Sequence record: LR597658
Strand: one strand, 5' to 3'
Length of the DNA stretch: 64,000 bases
DNA from: Escherichia phage VpaE1_ev108
The notes under the pieces were generated by a model, which was not told the origin of the DNA, made no database searches, and saw nothing but the letters and a program-made list of their open reading frames with translations. The position numbers were made by a program, and so were the translations under genes. Below are positions 55,017 to 64,000 of this stretch, in pieces; position 1 is the first letter of the stretch; every line of letters begins with the position of its first letter.

Positions 55017-55215
55017 ACGCATTTGGGAAGGTTTGGTTGTTGATGCACCAGCTATTGTGATTGGTATGCTTATCGTTAACCTATTTACTGATTTTGAACA
55101 AGGTTCATTGTTTGGAGCCATGTTACTATGGGTTATCTTTGAAATATTAGAGATACAGTTAGGCATCACTGAAAAACTAAGAAAACTCGTTTCAAAGTTT
55201 TCTAAAAAGATTTAA
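55009..55215 (+). CDS. small membrane protein
   Basis: 68 aa; hydrophobic helices. Confidence 0.45.
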   Translation: MLKRIWEGLVVDAPAIVIGMLIVNLFTDFEQGSLFGAMLLWVIFEILEIQLGITEKLRKLVSKFSKKI

Positions 55216-55221
55216 AATGAA

Positions 55222-55245
55222 AGGGTCTCTTCGGAGACCTTTTTA
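55222..55245 (+). terminator. rho-independent terminator (UUCG tetraloop)
   Basis: agggtctc-ttcg-gagacct followed by ttttt. Confidence 0.7.
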
Positions 55246-55263
55246 GCATGTAAAGGGGCAATA

Positions 55264-57408
55264 ATGAACAAAGTACAGATTATTAAAAAGAATGGCTCAC
55301 TTGAAGAACCTGATATCAAAAAAGTTTTAGCAGCAGTAACTAAGTCAGCTAACAGGGTTGGATATAAAGAACTCCCACCAGATGTTACCCAAGCTCTTGA
55401 GTCAGCATTTATGAGGATTCTGGTAAAGTCCACTAAGCAGAATAATTTACTCATCTCAGTCAATGATATTCACAGCATTGTTGAGGGTGCTTTGGCAGAA
55501 GTCAATCACGAGATTTATGAGTCTTACTCAACATATAGAAATTACCGGAAAGAGGTTGCTCAAAATTGGGATGAGCTTTACCAAAAGACTAGAGACACGC
55601 TCTTCTTAGGTGACCGTGAAAACGCTAACTTTGACAGCAGTTTAATTTCTACAAAAGGTTCAATTATTCGTGGTTACCTGACTAAAGAAATCTTTAAGCA
55701 GTACCATTTAACACCAGAGGAACTTGAAGCCATTGAAAAAGGGTTTATCTATATCCACGATTTAAGAGACCTGATTTTTGGCGGCATTAACTGTTGCTTG
55801 TTTGACATTGGTAAAGTACTGAAAGGTGGCTTTGAGATGTCTGGCATCGAATACTGTGAACCGAAGTCTGTGCTGTCAGCCTTACAGGTTATTGGTGATG
55901 TAGTTCTTTCAGCAACTGCACAGCAATTTGGTGGTTTTACTTTAGCAGAGATTGATAAGGTACTCATACCGTATGCTAAGAAGTCTCTACGCTATCATGC
56001 TGAGAAAGCAGCATCTTATGGTATTCCTAAAGAACATTACCACAATTATGTCATGGAGCAGCTACAGATTGAACTGACTCAAGGTTTCCAGTCACTTGAA
56101 ATGAAACTAAACACTGTACCTTGTAGTCGTGGGGATTTTGCATTTACAACTTTAACATTTGGGTTGCTCGACTCAGATATGTCTAATGAAGACAACCGAC
56201 TACAATACATGATTGCAAGTACTCTCCTAGATGTCCGTATGAATGGACAAGGTAAGAGCAAGAAGCCTGTTGTATTCCCTAAACTGGTTTATATTTATGA
56301 CCAGAAGAGACATAATGAGAATATCTGTCAAGGCCACCTGTACAGTAAAGCTATAGAGTGTTGCTCTAAAGCGATGTATCCAGATTTCTTAAGTGTATCT
56401 GGTCATGGTGCTGTAGCAGAGGCTTTTGAGCGTTCTGGCAAGGTTATTTCGCCGATGGGTTGCCGAGCGTTCTTATCTCCGTATCTTAACGAGAATGGGG
56501 AAGAGTTCTACGTTGGTCGTGCTAACATTGGTGCTGTATCTTTGAACTTACCAATGATTTACCAGTATTCTAAAGAGAATGGTTTAGATTTCTGGAAAGA
56601 GCTTGATAAGTACCTAGAGATGATTCGCAGCTTCCACAAGAAACGCTACGAAATGATTGCTAATATGCCAGCAAGTTCTAACCCTCTTGCATTCACACAA
56701 GGTGGTCTGTACAAAGGGACTAAGAAACCTACTGACAAGGTTGGTTGGGATATCGTGAAGTCCTTCACAGCTTCTTTTGGGGTTACTGCTCTTGATGAAC
56801 TGTCTGTTCTTGCTGAAGGTAAACGACTTCATGAAGTTGGAAGATATAGTTTTGCATACGATGTTCTGGAATACATCAACATGAAAACTGAAGAGTTTAA
56901 GAACGAAGATGGCTTCTTGTATGCGGTATATGGTACTCCAGCAGAATCACTTTGTGGAACTCAGTTAAAACAGTTCAGAGATATGTTTGGCGTTATTAAA
57001 GGTGTCTCTGACAAGGAATACTTTACAAACAGTTTCCATATGAATGTTGCAGCAGACATCTCACCATTTGAGAAGCAGGACTTAGAAGAGCCATTCTTCC
57101 ATATCTGTAGAGGTGGCAGAATCCAGTATGTAAGGGTAGCTAACCCAGAAAACTTAACAGCACTTAAAAGTTGTATTACCAGAGGGATGTTGAAGGGTTT
57201 TTATCAGGGACTTAACTTTGACTTAGCAATCTGTGAACATTGTGGTAACAGACCAAAGGCTGATGTTGAAGAATGTGAGGTTTGCCATTCACATGATATC
57301 TCTGTGATTAACAGGGTGTGCGGGTATCTTGGGTGGACCAAGATTAAAGGTGAATCCCGAATGAACGATGCAAAAATCGCTGAGATTCGTGATAGAGTCT
57401 CTATGTAA
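55264..57408 (+). CDS. nrdD: anaerobic ribonucleoside-triphosphate reductase (class III)
   Basis: 714 aa; N-terminal ATP-cone-like; C-terminal Cys cluster CEHCGN ... CEVC and glycyl-radical-like VINRVCGYLGW. Confidence 0.8.
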   Translation: MNKVQIIKKNGSLEEPDIKKVLAAVTKSANRVGYKELPPDVTQALESAFMRILVKSTKQNNLLISVNDIHSIVEGALAEVNHEIYESYSTYRNYRKEVAQNWDELYQKTRDTLFLGDRENANFDSSLISTKGSIIRGYLTKEIFKQYHLTPEELEAIEKGFIYIHDLRDLIFGGINCCLFDIGKVLKGGFEMSGIEYCEPKSVLSALQVIGDVVLSATAQQFGGFTLAEIDKVLIPYAKKSLRYHAEKAASYGIPKEHYHNYVMEQLQIELTQGFQSLEMKLNTVPCSRGDFAFTTLTFGLLDSDMSNEDNRLQYMIASTLLDVRMNGQGKSKKPVVFPKLVYIYDQKRHNENICQGHLYSKAIECCSKAMYPDFLSVSGHGAVAEAFERSGKVISPMGCRAFLSPYLNENGEEFYVGRANIGAVSLNLPMIYQYSKENGLDFWKELDKYLEMIRSFHKKRYEMIANMPASSNPLAFTQGGLYKGTKKPTDKVGWDIVKSFTASFGVTALDELSVLAEGKRLHEVGRYSFAYDVLEYINMKTEEFKNEDGFLYAVYGTPAESLCGTQLKQFRDMFGVIKGVSDKEYFTNSFHMNVAADISPFEKQDLEEPFFHICRGGRIQYVRVANPENLTALKSCITRGMLKGFYQGLNFDLAICEHCGNRPKADVEECEVCHSHDISVINRVCGYLGWTKIKGESRMNDAKIAEIRDRVSM

Positions 57409-57418
57409 AACTTGACAA

Positions 57419-57457
57419 GGTGATGTGGGTCTTGATAGGCTTACATCACCTTTTTTA
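57419..57457 (+). terminator. rho-independent terminator overlapping a CTTGACAAGGTG box
   Basis: ggtgatgt-loop-acatcacc followed by tttttt. Confidence 0.7.
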
Positions 57458-57562
57458 TTGGATGTTAGATATGGCAGAGAGTATTATTGGGTTGTTCATA
57501 GGTTCTGTCTTACTAGGGTTCTTTTTAGGACTCTCTTATTGTGAATTGAAAGGTAAGTTAAA

Positions 57563-57763
57563 ATGTTTAAGATATCAAAAGCGTTGATATACATACTCCA
57601 TATTCTAGTCTTCTTCTTTGGGGTTAGTGTTATGGTATGGGGTTTTTCAGACCCACAATGGGGTTTCTCATATCATGGTCAGATGGATTTATGGTCATGC
57701 TTCAAACCATTTTTAGGGTTAGTCATAGCATTCAGTGCATTACCAACTAAGGTGAAATTATGA
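57563..57763 (+). CDS. small membrane protein
   Basis: 66 aa; two hydrophobic helices. Confidence 0.45.
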   Translation: MFKISKALIYILHILVFFFGVSVMVWGFSDPQWGFSYHGQMDLWSCFKPFLGLVIAFSALPTKVKL

Positions 57764-58155
57764 TTAAGTTGAGCCAAAAACAGTTAGAGTGGATTAAAGA
57801 TTATGCCTTAGAGTGTGGCTCTTGTGAAAAGAATCACGTAAGATACTCAACATTCCACACGGTCTTCACATTGTATATCGGCGACAATGTTCTAAGTGAT
57901 TCTGTAGAAGATGGTGTAGCATTGCCTAATGAATTGCTTGACAAATTAGCTGTAGTCACTGGAACTTGGTCTGAAGAAGATGGTCACGAACTATCTGATG
58001 ATGTTGTCTTCTACAGTCTTGAAAACATCATGAATCCAGAGTACATTATGCTAATGACTTGCGCACAAGATTGTGTACCATTACAAAACTTCATTAAAGA
58101 GCACTGTGAAGAATTTATTACTAAACAGGTTCCTTGTCAGGTGGTGTTTGAATGA
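57760..58155 (+). CDS. hypothetical acidic protein
   Basis: 131-aa ORF. Confidence 0.55.
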   Translation: MIKLSQKQLEWIKDYALECGSCEKNHVRYSTFHTVFTLYIGDNVLSDSVEDGVALPNELLDKLAVVTGTWSEEDGHELSDDVVFYSLENIMNPEYIMLMTCAQDCVPLQNFIKEHCEEFITKQVPCQVVFE

Positions 58156-58214
58156 GTAAAACAATTCGAAGAAAAGGTTTAAAGAACGTTCATATGTATT
58201 GGTGAGGTAACTAG

Positions 58215-58700
58215 ATGAATTACATGGAGATTAGACCATTTGACACAGCTAATGGTGAAGGGGTTCGTGTAAGCCTCTTCGTAGCTGGTTGCAAGCATCA
58301 CTGTGAAGGCTGCTTTAACAGGGAGTCTTGGAAGTTTAATGCTGGTAAAGTATTTACTTATGCAAACCTCTACGGAATCATCCAGCTAATGGGCGATAAT
58401 GCCGTCAGTGGGTTGTCGATACTTGGTGGAGAACCTCTGGATGATAGAAATATTCAAGAGGTTACAGACATATGCAAACGTGTTAAAACTGTTTACCCAG
58501 AGAAGACTATATGGCTCTGGACAGGTTTTCAACTACACGAAAAGATTCACTTAGACGTGATGAAATATGTTGACGTGGTGATTGATGGTAAGTATGATTC
58601 ATCTAAACCAACAGTTAAACCGTATCGTGGTTCAGATAACCAAAACCTCTGGAGAAAAGAGTACGGATGGCAAGGTGATTGTCAGTGGAGAGCAGAGTGA
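58215..58700 (+). CDS. nrdG: anaerobic RNR activating protein (radical SAM)
   Basis: 161 aa; CKHHCEGC (CxxxCxxC) near N-terminus. Confidence 0.75.
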   Translation: MNYMEIRPFDTANGEGVRVSLFVAGCKHHCEGCFNRESWKFNAGKVFTYANLYGIIQLMGDNAVSGLSILGGEPLDDRNIQEVTDICKRVKTVYPEKTIWLWTGFQLHEKIHLDVMKYVDVVIDGKYDSSKPTVKPYRGSDNQNLWRKEYGWQGDCQWRAE

Positions 58701-58796
58701 TTATTCTGGCAAATGGACTAAGGTATAACTCCAATTGGTATCACTGAAGAAGAACTTCATAAGTCCTGTATTAAACTTTAATGAGAGAGACTAAAA

Positions 58797-59063
58797 ATGG
58801 GAATTTTAGGTAATATGAAAGCTGGATTCTTGAAGGCACTGGAAAAAGCAGCAGCAATTGTTTCTATGACTGGAAAGCAGGTCGGTGTAGATGCTTCAGC
58901 GGTTGCACAGGTTCTTGCAAGCCAAATTGAACAGCAGCCTTACATCTACGTAGGACGTGGTAAAGGTGGTAAGAAACAAGCCCACCGCCAATCTGGTGCA
59001 GCAGCTATTAAACGAGCAGCTAAGAAAGCTCGTAACCGTAAACGTAACAAGAAGGTTAAATAA
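58797..59063 (+). CDS. hypothetical protein with highly basic C-terminus
   Basis: 88 aa; C-terminus KRAAKKARNRKRNKKVK. Confidence 0.55.
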   Translation: MGILGNMKAGFLKALEKAAAIVSMTGKQVGVDASAVAQVLASQIEQQPYIYVGRGKGGKKQAHRQSGAAAIKRAAKKARNRKRNKKVK

Positions 59064-59065
59064 CC

Positions 59066-59386
59066 ATGAGCAAAGTTTATAACACTCGTAAATTACAGAT
59101 TTTCGTACTGTGCCAGTTTATGGCTAAAGAATACAACTTCTACTATTGTGGTACAGGTTTTATTAGCGATGATGATGGCTCGTACCTCCCATTCAAAGAG
59201 GCTGTAAAACTCTTCAATGAAGAGAAAAGTTCTAAGAAAGATATTGAAAAGGTTAAGCTAACCTACAGCAAGAAAGATAAGAAGATTATCTGCCTAGATA
59301 ACTTTGTGAAAGTTACTGGAGAAGCAAAAGAGTTTATGGATGAGAGTGAGATTTCATTCACAAGCATCTTGAAAGTAGCTCAGTAA
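59066..59386 (+). CDS. hypothetical protein
   Basis: 106-aa ORF. Confidence 0.55.
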   Translation: MSKVYNTRKLQIFVLCQFMAKEYNFYYCGTGFISDDDGSYLPFKEAVKLFNEEKSSKKDIEKVKLTYSKKDKKIICLDNFVKVTGEAKEFMDESEISFTSILKVAQ

Positions 59387-59396
59387 ACAGATACTA

Positions 59397-59424
59397 TAAG
59401 GGGACTGTAAAGGTTCCCTTTTTA
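59397..59424 (+). terminator. rho-independent terminator
   Basis: ggggac-tgtaaag-gttccc followed by tttttatttt. Confidence 0.6.
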
Positions 59425-59437
59425 TTTTGGAGGTAAA

Positions 59438-59953
59438 ATGTATCTGTCAAACCTGAAACGTTCGGTTGCAATGTCAGTTCTAAGACTCAGCTTTGATGAG
59501 CGTCAAGAGTTTATAGACTCCCACAAATATGACCCTTCAAATTCTAATCACATGGTTCTTTGGAATCGTGATAACTTCCGTGAAAGAGCACTTGTCCGTT
59601 ATTACCCACACTACACAATAGATAACCTGTATGAATGGTGTGTTGTGAAGAACACCATTGCAACACTGAACAATCTTTGCAGGTATACGGGTAAGCAAAC
59701 ATTTACATTAGGTCATCACAAACCTGTTACAAAAGGTGGTGAACATCACTGTGCAAACTGGTTTATCCAAACTAAAGCTGATAACCAGAAGCAAGGAAAT
59801 AACCTTCTAAGCACCCCTAAGATGACCTATGAAGAGCAAGAGAAATATATCAAAAATAATATGCCAGATGTGCTTGACAACAACTATACAGATTTGGCAA
59901 TATCTCTCCTGTTGAAGTTCGAGACAGTTTATAGGGCAACTTATAATGGCTAA
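59438..59953 (+). CDS. HNH endonuclease-like protein
   Basis: 171 aa; FTLGHHKPVTKGGEHHCANWFIQTKADNQKQGN. Confidence 0.55.
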   Translation: MYLSNLKRSVAMSVLRLSFDERQEFIDSHKYDPSNSNHMVLWNRDNFRERALVRYYPHYTIDNLYEWCVVKNTIATLNNLCRYTGKQTFTLGHHKPVTKGGEHHCANWFIQTKADNQKQGNNLLSTPKMTYEEQEKYIKNNMPDVLDNNYTDLAISLLLKFETVYRATYNG

Positions 59954-60224
59954 AGAAAAGTGGGAGATTTTATCATTAGTTAGCGAAGGTGGTAATGGTT
60001 GTGAGATGTACATGATACGAGGTCATGTTCCAGAACCAATTGCACTTGAGATGGTAAACAATTTTACAGATGGTTCATACAAAGATTTAGGAGAACCAAC
60101 TGTCAAGCAACAATGGGTAAAGCCTGTACCAGACAGCACAGGCAACTGTAGTGTGCTTTATCACGTTGTAGACCCTGCAAAATGCAAATCTGCAATGGCA
60201 GTAACAAACGTAACTTTTGATTGA
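59946..60224 (+). CDS. hypothetical protein
   Basis: 92-aa ORF. Confidence 0.5.
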   Translation: MAKEKWEILSLVSEGGNGCEMYMIRGHVPEPIALEMVNNFTDGSYKDLGEPTVKQQWVKPVPDSTGNCSVLYHVVDPAKCKSAMAVTNVTFD

Positions 60225-60235
60225 GAGAGAAAACT

Positions 60236-61117
60236 ATGAAAACATCTATCCGTGTTACAGTTCATTCACCCACTAAAGGGACTCACGAAGAAGAGTTTAA
60301 CATCATCCAATTCCCTTCTGGTGAGATTGGTGGCCACTTTTCACAAGAGCTTGTTGATTTTACTGCTTATGCAGCATCATCTATTAACAATGTGGTTATG
60401 ATTGTAAAGGGTTATGACAAAGACACACTGTTTGCTGTGGCACTGGCTAAAGAAGCAATTGACGATTTAGTTCCTCATGATTATGCCCTGAAGACTGTCA
60501 TTTTTTACTACTTGCCAAATGCACGATACGACCGTCACATGTTTAAAGGCGACGCAGCAGCTTTAAAGGTTTTTGCTAAACAGGTAAATGCAATGGGATT
60601 TGGTGCAGTCTGTGCAGTTGACCCTCACAGTTATGTACCAGATAACCTGTTTAACTGCTTCCAAAGTATTCCTCAAAAGGAGATTGCAGTCCACTATGCA
60701 AATGACCCTCTAATTGATTACTTAGTAGCCCCAGATGCAGGTGCTTCTAAGAAGATTGCAGAGACTGCTAAAGAGGTGGATAAACCATATATCACAATGT
60801 CTAAGGTGCGTAACCTTAAGACTGGTGAAATTACTGGTATGCGAATCCTTGACGATGTTGATTTGACAGATAAAACTGTCATGATTCTGGATGATATTTG
60901 TGATGGAGGTCGAACCTTCATAGAAGCAGCCAAACATCTTCGTGAAGCAGGTGCAAAACGTGTGGAACTCTATGTAACTCATGGTATTTTCTCTAAAGAT
61001 GTTGAAAACTTGCTTGACAATGGTATTGACCATATCTACACTACAAACTCTTTAGGGGAAGCTAAAGACCGTGGCTTAACACATTATAGCCAAGTTACTG
61101 TAGCAAACCTTGATTAG
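60236..61117 (+). CDS. ribose-phosphate pyrophosphokinase family protein (Prs-like; candidate ADP-ribose pyrophosphokinase of a NAD+ reconstitution pathway)
   Basis: 293 aa from ATG 60236 (track start 60221 is TTG); PRPP-binding-loop-like VMILDDICDGGRTF. Confidence 0.7.
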   Translation: MKTSIRVTVHSPTKGTHEEEFNIIQFPSGEIGGHFSQELVDFTAYAASSINNVVMIVKGYDKDTLFAVALAKEAIDDLVPHDYALKTVIFYYLPNARYDRHMFKGDAAALKVFAKQVNAMGFGAVCAVDPHSYVPDNLFNCFQSIPQKEIAVHYANDPLIDYLVAPDAGASKKIAETAKEVDKPYITMSKVRNLKTGEITGMRILDDVDLTDKTVMILDDICDGGRTFIEAAKHLREAGAKRVELYVTHGIFSKDVENLLDNGIDHIYTTNSLGEAKDRGLTHYSQVTVANLD

Positions 61118-61125
61118 GTAACAGT

Positions 61126-61617
61126 ATGAATAAGGGTTATTTTGAAAGATACCTAATATATGAACCAGATACAGGTTTATTAATTTGGAGAGTAACCCTT
61201 TGCAGTACCGCTATTGCTGGTAATGTGGCTGGCACAAGGTCTAAGAAGGGTTATATCCAAGTCCAGATAAATAAGAAGAGGTACTATGCACATAATATCG
61301 CATGGATTATGTCTGGAGGTGAGATACCAAGTGGATATGAGATAGACCACATAGACCTTGATAAATCCAATAATAAGTTGGAGAATTTAAGACTTAGCAC
61401 AAAGTCACAAAATCAGAGGAATAGGGGTATATACAAGAATAATAAAACTGGTGTGAAGGGTGTAAGTTTTTGTAAACAAACAGGTCTTTACAAAGCAAGA
61501 GTCATGCTTTACCATAAAGAATACTTTTGTGGAAGATTTAAAACGGTAGAAGAAGCAAAAGAAGCTGTAATTAAAAAGCGAATAGAACTTCATGGTGAGT
61601 TTGCAAGACATAACTAA
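61126..61617 (+). CDS. HNH homing endonuclease inserted between the Prs-like and NAMPT-like genes
   Basis: 163 aa; HNIAWIMSGGEIPSGYEIDHIDLDKSNNKLENLRLSTKSQN; paralog of 38855..39370. Confidence 0.75.
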   Translation: MNKGYFERYLIYEPDTGLLIWRVTLCSTAIAGNVAGTRSKKGYIQVQINKKRYYAHNIAWIMSGGEIPSGYEIDHIDLDKSNNKLENLRLSTKSQNQRNRGIYKNNKTGVKGVSFCKQTGLYKARVMLYHKEYFCGRFKTVEEAKEAVIKKRIELHGEFARHN

Positions 61618-61631
61618 GAGAGAGATAAAAT

Positions 61632-63413
61632 ATGAGTAAGTCACTTTACGCAGTACCAGCAGGTCTTAATGCAGATGCTTACAAGGCATCACATATATAT
61701 CAGTATCCAGATGCTACGCAATATCTTATGTTGAACCTGACACCACGTAGTGCTAAATGGTTTAACAGCCCTTTAGCAATTGACGGTGTAGTAGCTTTTG
61801 GTATTCAACGTTTTGTTAAAGATTACTTGATAGACCACTGGAACGCCACTTTCTTTGAACGTGATAAAAAAGAAGCCGTTGACGAAATCTTAGAAGTCAT
61901 GAATGGCGTTCTAGGTAAAGATGCTATCGGTCGAGAGCATTGGGAAGCACTTCACGACTTAGGTTATCTACCAGTTGAAGTATACGCTGTAGAAGAAGGC
62001 ACAGTTGTCCCTATGCGTGTCCCAATGATTGTCTTCCAGAACACTGTTTCAGGTTTCCATTGGGTAGCAGGTTATCTGGAAGATGCTTTCTCTGCTGAGA
62101 TTTGGAAGGCTTGTACCATTGCAACTATTGCATTGCACTACAAACGTATCTGTAAGAAGTGGGCTGACCTTACTTGTGACAACGACTTGCATTTGCCTTA
62201 TCAGTGCCATGACTTTGCTATGCGTGGTATGTCCGGCTTTACTGATGACGCATTTAACGCTGTAGGCCACTTAACCAGCTTTAAAGGAACTGATAGCTTC
62301 CCTGCTGTGTATACGGCTAAACGAATCTATGGACAGTCCTACCCAATCTCTGATATTGGTAGCTCTGTACCAGCCACTGAGCACTCTGTAATGTGTGCAA
62401 ACATTGCTTGGGAAGGTGGTAATGAGTTGATTGAAGAAGAAAGACGCTTTAAAGGTGAGTTACAAACCTTCCGTCGTTTCTTAACAGAAACTTACCCAAC
62501 GGGTATTGCAAGTATTGTTTCAGATACTTATAACTTCTGGAGAACTGTGTCAGAAATCTTACCAGCACTCCGTAAAGAAATTATGGAACGTGACGGTAAG
62601 CTGGTAATTCGCCCTGACTCTGGAGACCCTGTACATATTGTCACAGGTTACAAAGCAATCCACTTAGAGTGTGCTAAAAAGGCTTATTACGAGCACCTAA
62701 GCAAGCTAGAGGCAAGTGATACAATGCTGAACTCTGTCCTGAACATGAAGCTTGAAAACATTAACTATGGTATTGCTGGATGGCTACTGTCAGAAGGCTA
62801 CGAAATGGTTGTTGACAGAGAAGACTTTGAAGTTGCTGATACGGTGATGTTGAAGAATGCTTATATGGTTGGTTCTGCAAACGTTGTAACACGTCCTGTA
62901 GCTGAGATTGATGGGGCTATTAAGACACTGTATAACATCTTTGGAGGAACTATCAACTCTAAAGGTTTTAAAGTACTGGATGAGCATATCGGGCTTATTT
63001 ATGGCGACTCTATCACGTTGGAACGTGCAAACGAAATACTGAAGCGTTTGTATGAAATGGGTTTTGCAAGCTCTAACGTAGTGTTTGGTGTAGGTTCTTA
63101 CACTTACCAGTACATGACTCGTGACACCTTTGCATTTGCTGTCAAAGCAACTCTTGCAAGCATTGGTGGTAAAGAGATTATGCTTGCAAAAGACCCTAAA
63201 ACAGATAGTGGTGTTAAGAAGTCTGCTTTTGGTGGTGTAGCACCTATGTGGGATGGTGAAAATCTGAAAGCTGTAGATGGCTATGGGTTCCAGAGCTTTG
63301 CAGATGCACTTGAACACCCAGCTTGTGCTTTGCGTCTAGTCTTTAGCGACTCTGAGCAGTTCGGTTACACAACTCTTGGTGATATTCGAAATAATATTGA
63401 CAAGCAGCTTTAA
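61632..63413 (+). CDS. nicotinamide phosphoribosyltransferase family protein (NadV/NAMPT-like; candidate nicotinamide ADP-ribose transferase)
   Basis: 593 aa; NAMPT/NAPRT-family size and composition; assignment from sequence recall, not a search. Confidence 0.65.
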   Translation: MSKSLYAVPAGLNADAYKASHIYQYPDATQYLMLNLTPRSAKWFNSPLAIDGVVAFGIQRFVKDYLIDHWNATFFERDKKEAVDEILEVMNGVLGKDAIGREHWEALHDLGYLPVEVYAVEEGTVVPMRVPMIVFQNTVSGFHWVAGYLEDAFSAEIWKACTIATIALHYKRICKKWADLTCDNDLHLPYQCHDFAMRGMSGFTDDAFNAVGHLTSFKGTDSFPAVYTAKRIYGQSYPISDIGSSVPATEHSVMCANIAWEGGNELIEEERRFKGELQTFRRFLTETYPTGIASIVSDTYNFWRTVSEILPALRKEIMERDGKLVIRPDSGDPVHIVTGYKAIHLECAKKAYYEHLSKLEASDTMLNSVLNMKLENINYGIAGWLLSEGYEMVVDREDFEVADTVMLKNAYMVGSANVVTRPVAEIDGAIKTLYNIFGGTINSKGFKVLDEHIGLIYGDSITLERANEILKRLYEMGFASSNVVFGVGSYTYQYMTRDTFAFAVKATLASIGGKEIMLAKDPKTDSGVKKSAFGGVAPMWDGENLKAVDGYGFQSFADALEHPACALRLVFSDSEQFGYTTLGDIRNNIDKQL

Positions 63414-63426
63414 AAGTATATGATAA

Positions 63427-63450
63427 GAGGCTCCTACGGGAGCCTTTTTA
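63427..63450 (+). terminator. rho-independent terminator
   Basis: gaggctcc-tacg-ggagcctt followed by ttttta. Confidence 0.7.
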
Positions 63451-63466
63451 ATTTCTGGAGAAAACT

Positions 63467-63802
63467 ATGAAAATCAAAGAGATGAACATTAACGTTGTCC
63501 TAGAAGAACGTTGGGAAAACATTAAGAAACCTGAAAATGGTCATAAATTCCTTAACAAAATTTTAGTAGCAGCTAAAGAAGAACTAACGGGTAAGGTTGC
63601 AGCAGCAATCACAATAAAGGTTTGTGTAAAGGGTCTTTCAGACAATCACCAATTTGCACTTGACGAGTTTAAAGAAAGCTTCTACAATCCAAACAAACAG
63701 ATGCTTGAAAGTAACTTTGCAGTATCTACAAGTATCGTCCATGACAGAAGCTTTATCCTTTACAAGAATATGAGAGGTGAGTCATGCAAGCATATTGGAT
63801 AG
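63467..63802 (+). CDS. hypothetical protein
   Basis: 111-aa ORF. Confidence 0.6.
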   Translation: MKIKEMNINVVLEERWENIKKPENGHKFLNKILVAAKEELTGKVAAAITIKVCVKGLSDNHQFALDEFKESFYNPNKQMLESNFAVSTSIVHDRSFILYKNMRGESCKHIG

Positions 63803-63960
63803 AAATTTTACTGTCACTTGGTAGTGTAGCAGTATTTGTCTACCTCCTTTGCAAGTACTTTGCAGAGCACAAAAAATGTGACTACTGTAATGGAGAGGGG
63901 TACATAAGGGCAGGATGTTGCCCTATGTGTGGTGGTTCTGGTAAAATGTTTAATAAGTAA
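63784..63960 (+). CDS. small membrane zinc-ribbon protein (58 aa), absent from ORF track
   Basis: ATG 63784 after RBS aggtga; MQAYWIEILLSLGSVAVFVYLL then CDYCNGEG ... CCPMCGG; overlaps upstream stop by 19 nt. Confidence 0.5.
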   Translation: MQAYWIEILLSLGSVAVFVYLLCKYFAEHKKCDYCNGEGYIRAGCCPMCGGSGKMFNK

Positions 63961-64000
63961 TTTAACAGTAAACTGAGAGGAAAGTATTATGCGCATGGTA

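Noticed and set aside
63814-63996. 60-aa minus-strand ORF at the window end
   Set aside because: Opposite to all flanking genes; a plus-strand ORF with RBS and zinc-ribbon motif covers the same region.

Overview
This window reads as a large mosaic segment of a tailed dsDNA phage, AT-rich, resembling Felix O1-like myoviruses; all calls are by eye from the sequence and ORF track, with no database search or folding run. Left to right: a promoter and two plus-strand genes (229-2097), one a vWA-domain protein I suspect is Ro60-like; a dense tRNA array (about 27 tRNAs, 2263-7237) interspersed with conserved non-tRNA stem-loops, one enclosing a tRNA-like domain; a plus-strand morphogenesis block (7682-30531: terminase, portal, S49 protease/scaffold, lambda E-like capsid, putative sheath/tube, tape measure, baseplate, two His-box tail fibers); a minus-strand early block (31214-42066: thymidylate synthase, DHFR, ATP-dependent ligase, HNH endonuclease, family A DNA polymerase, many small ORFs); then a plus-strand replication/nucleotide block (42324-63960: dNMP kinase, primase-helicase, SSB-like, RNase H-like, GIY-YIG and HNH endonucleases, nrdA/nrdB/nrdH/nrdD/nrdG, and a Prs-like plus NAMPT-like pair). 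The most interesting candidates are (1) a possible Ro60/Y-RNA-like module at the head of the tRNA array, (2) the Prs-like/NAMPT-like pair as a possible NAD+ reconstitution counter-defence, and (3) phased pentanucleotide (ACCNN) arrays with a conserved module in two minus-strand intergenic regions. tRNA coordinates are good to about 3 nt and anticodons are read manually.
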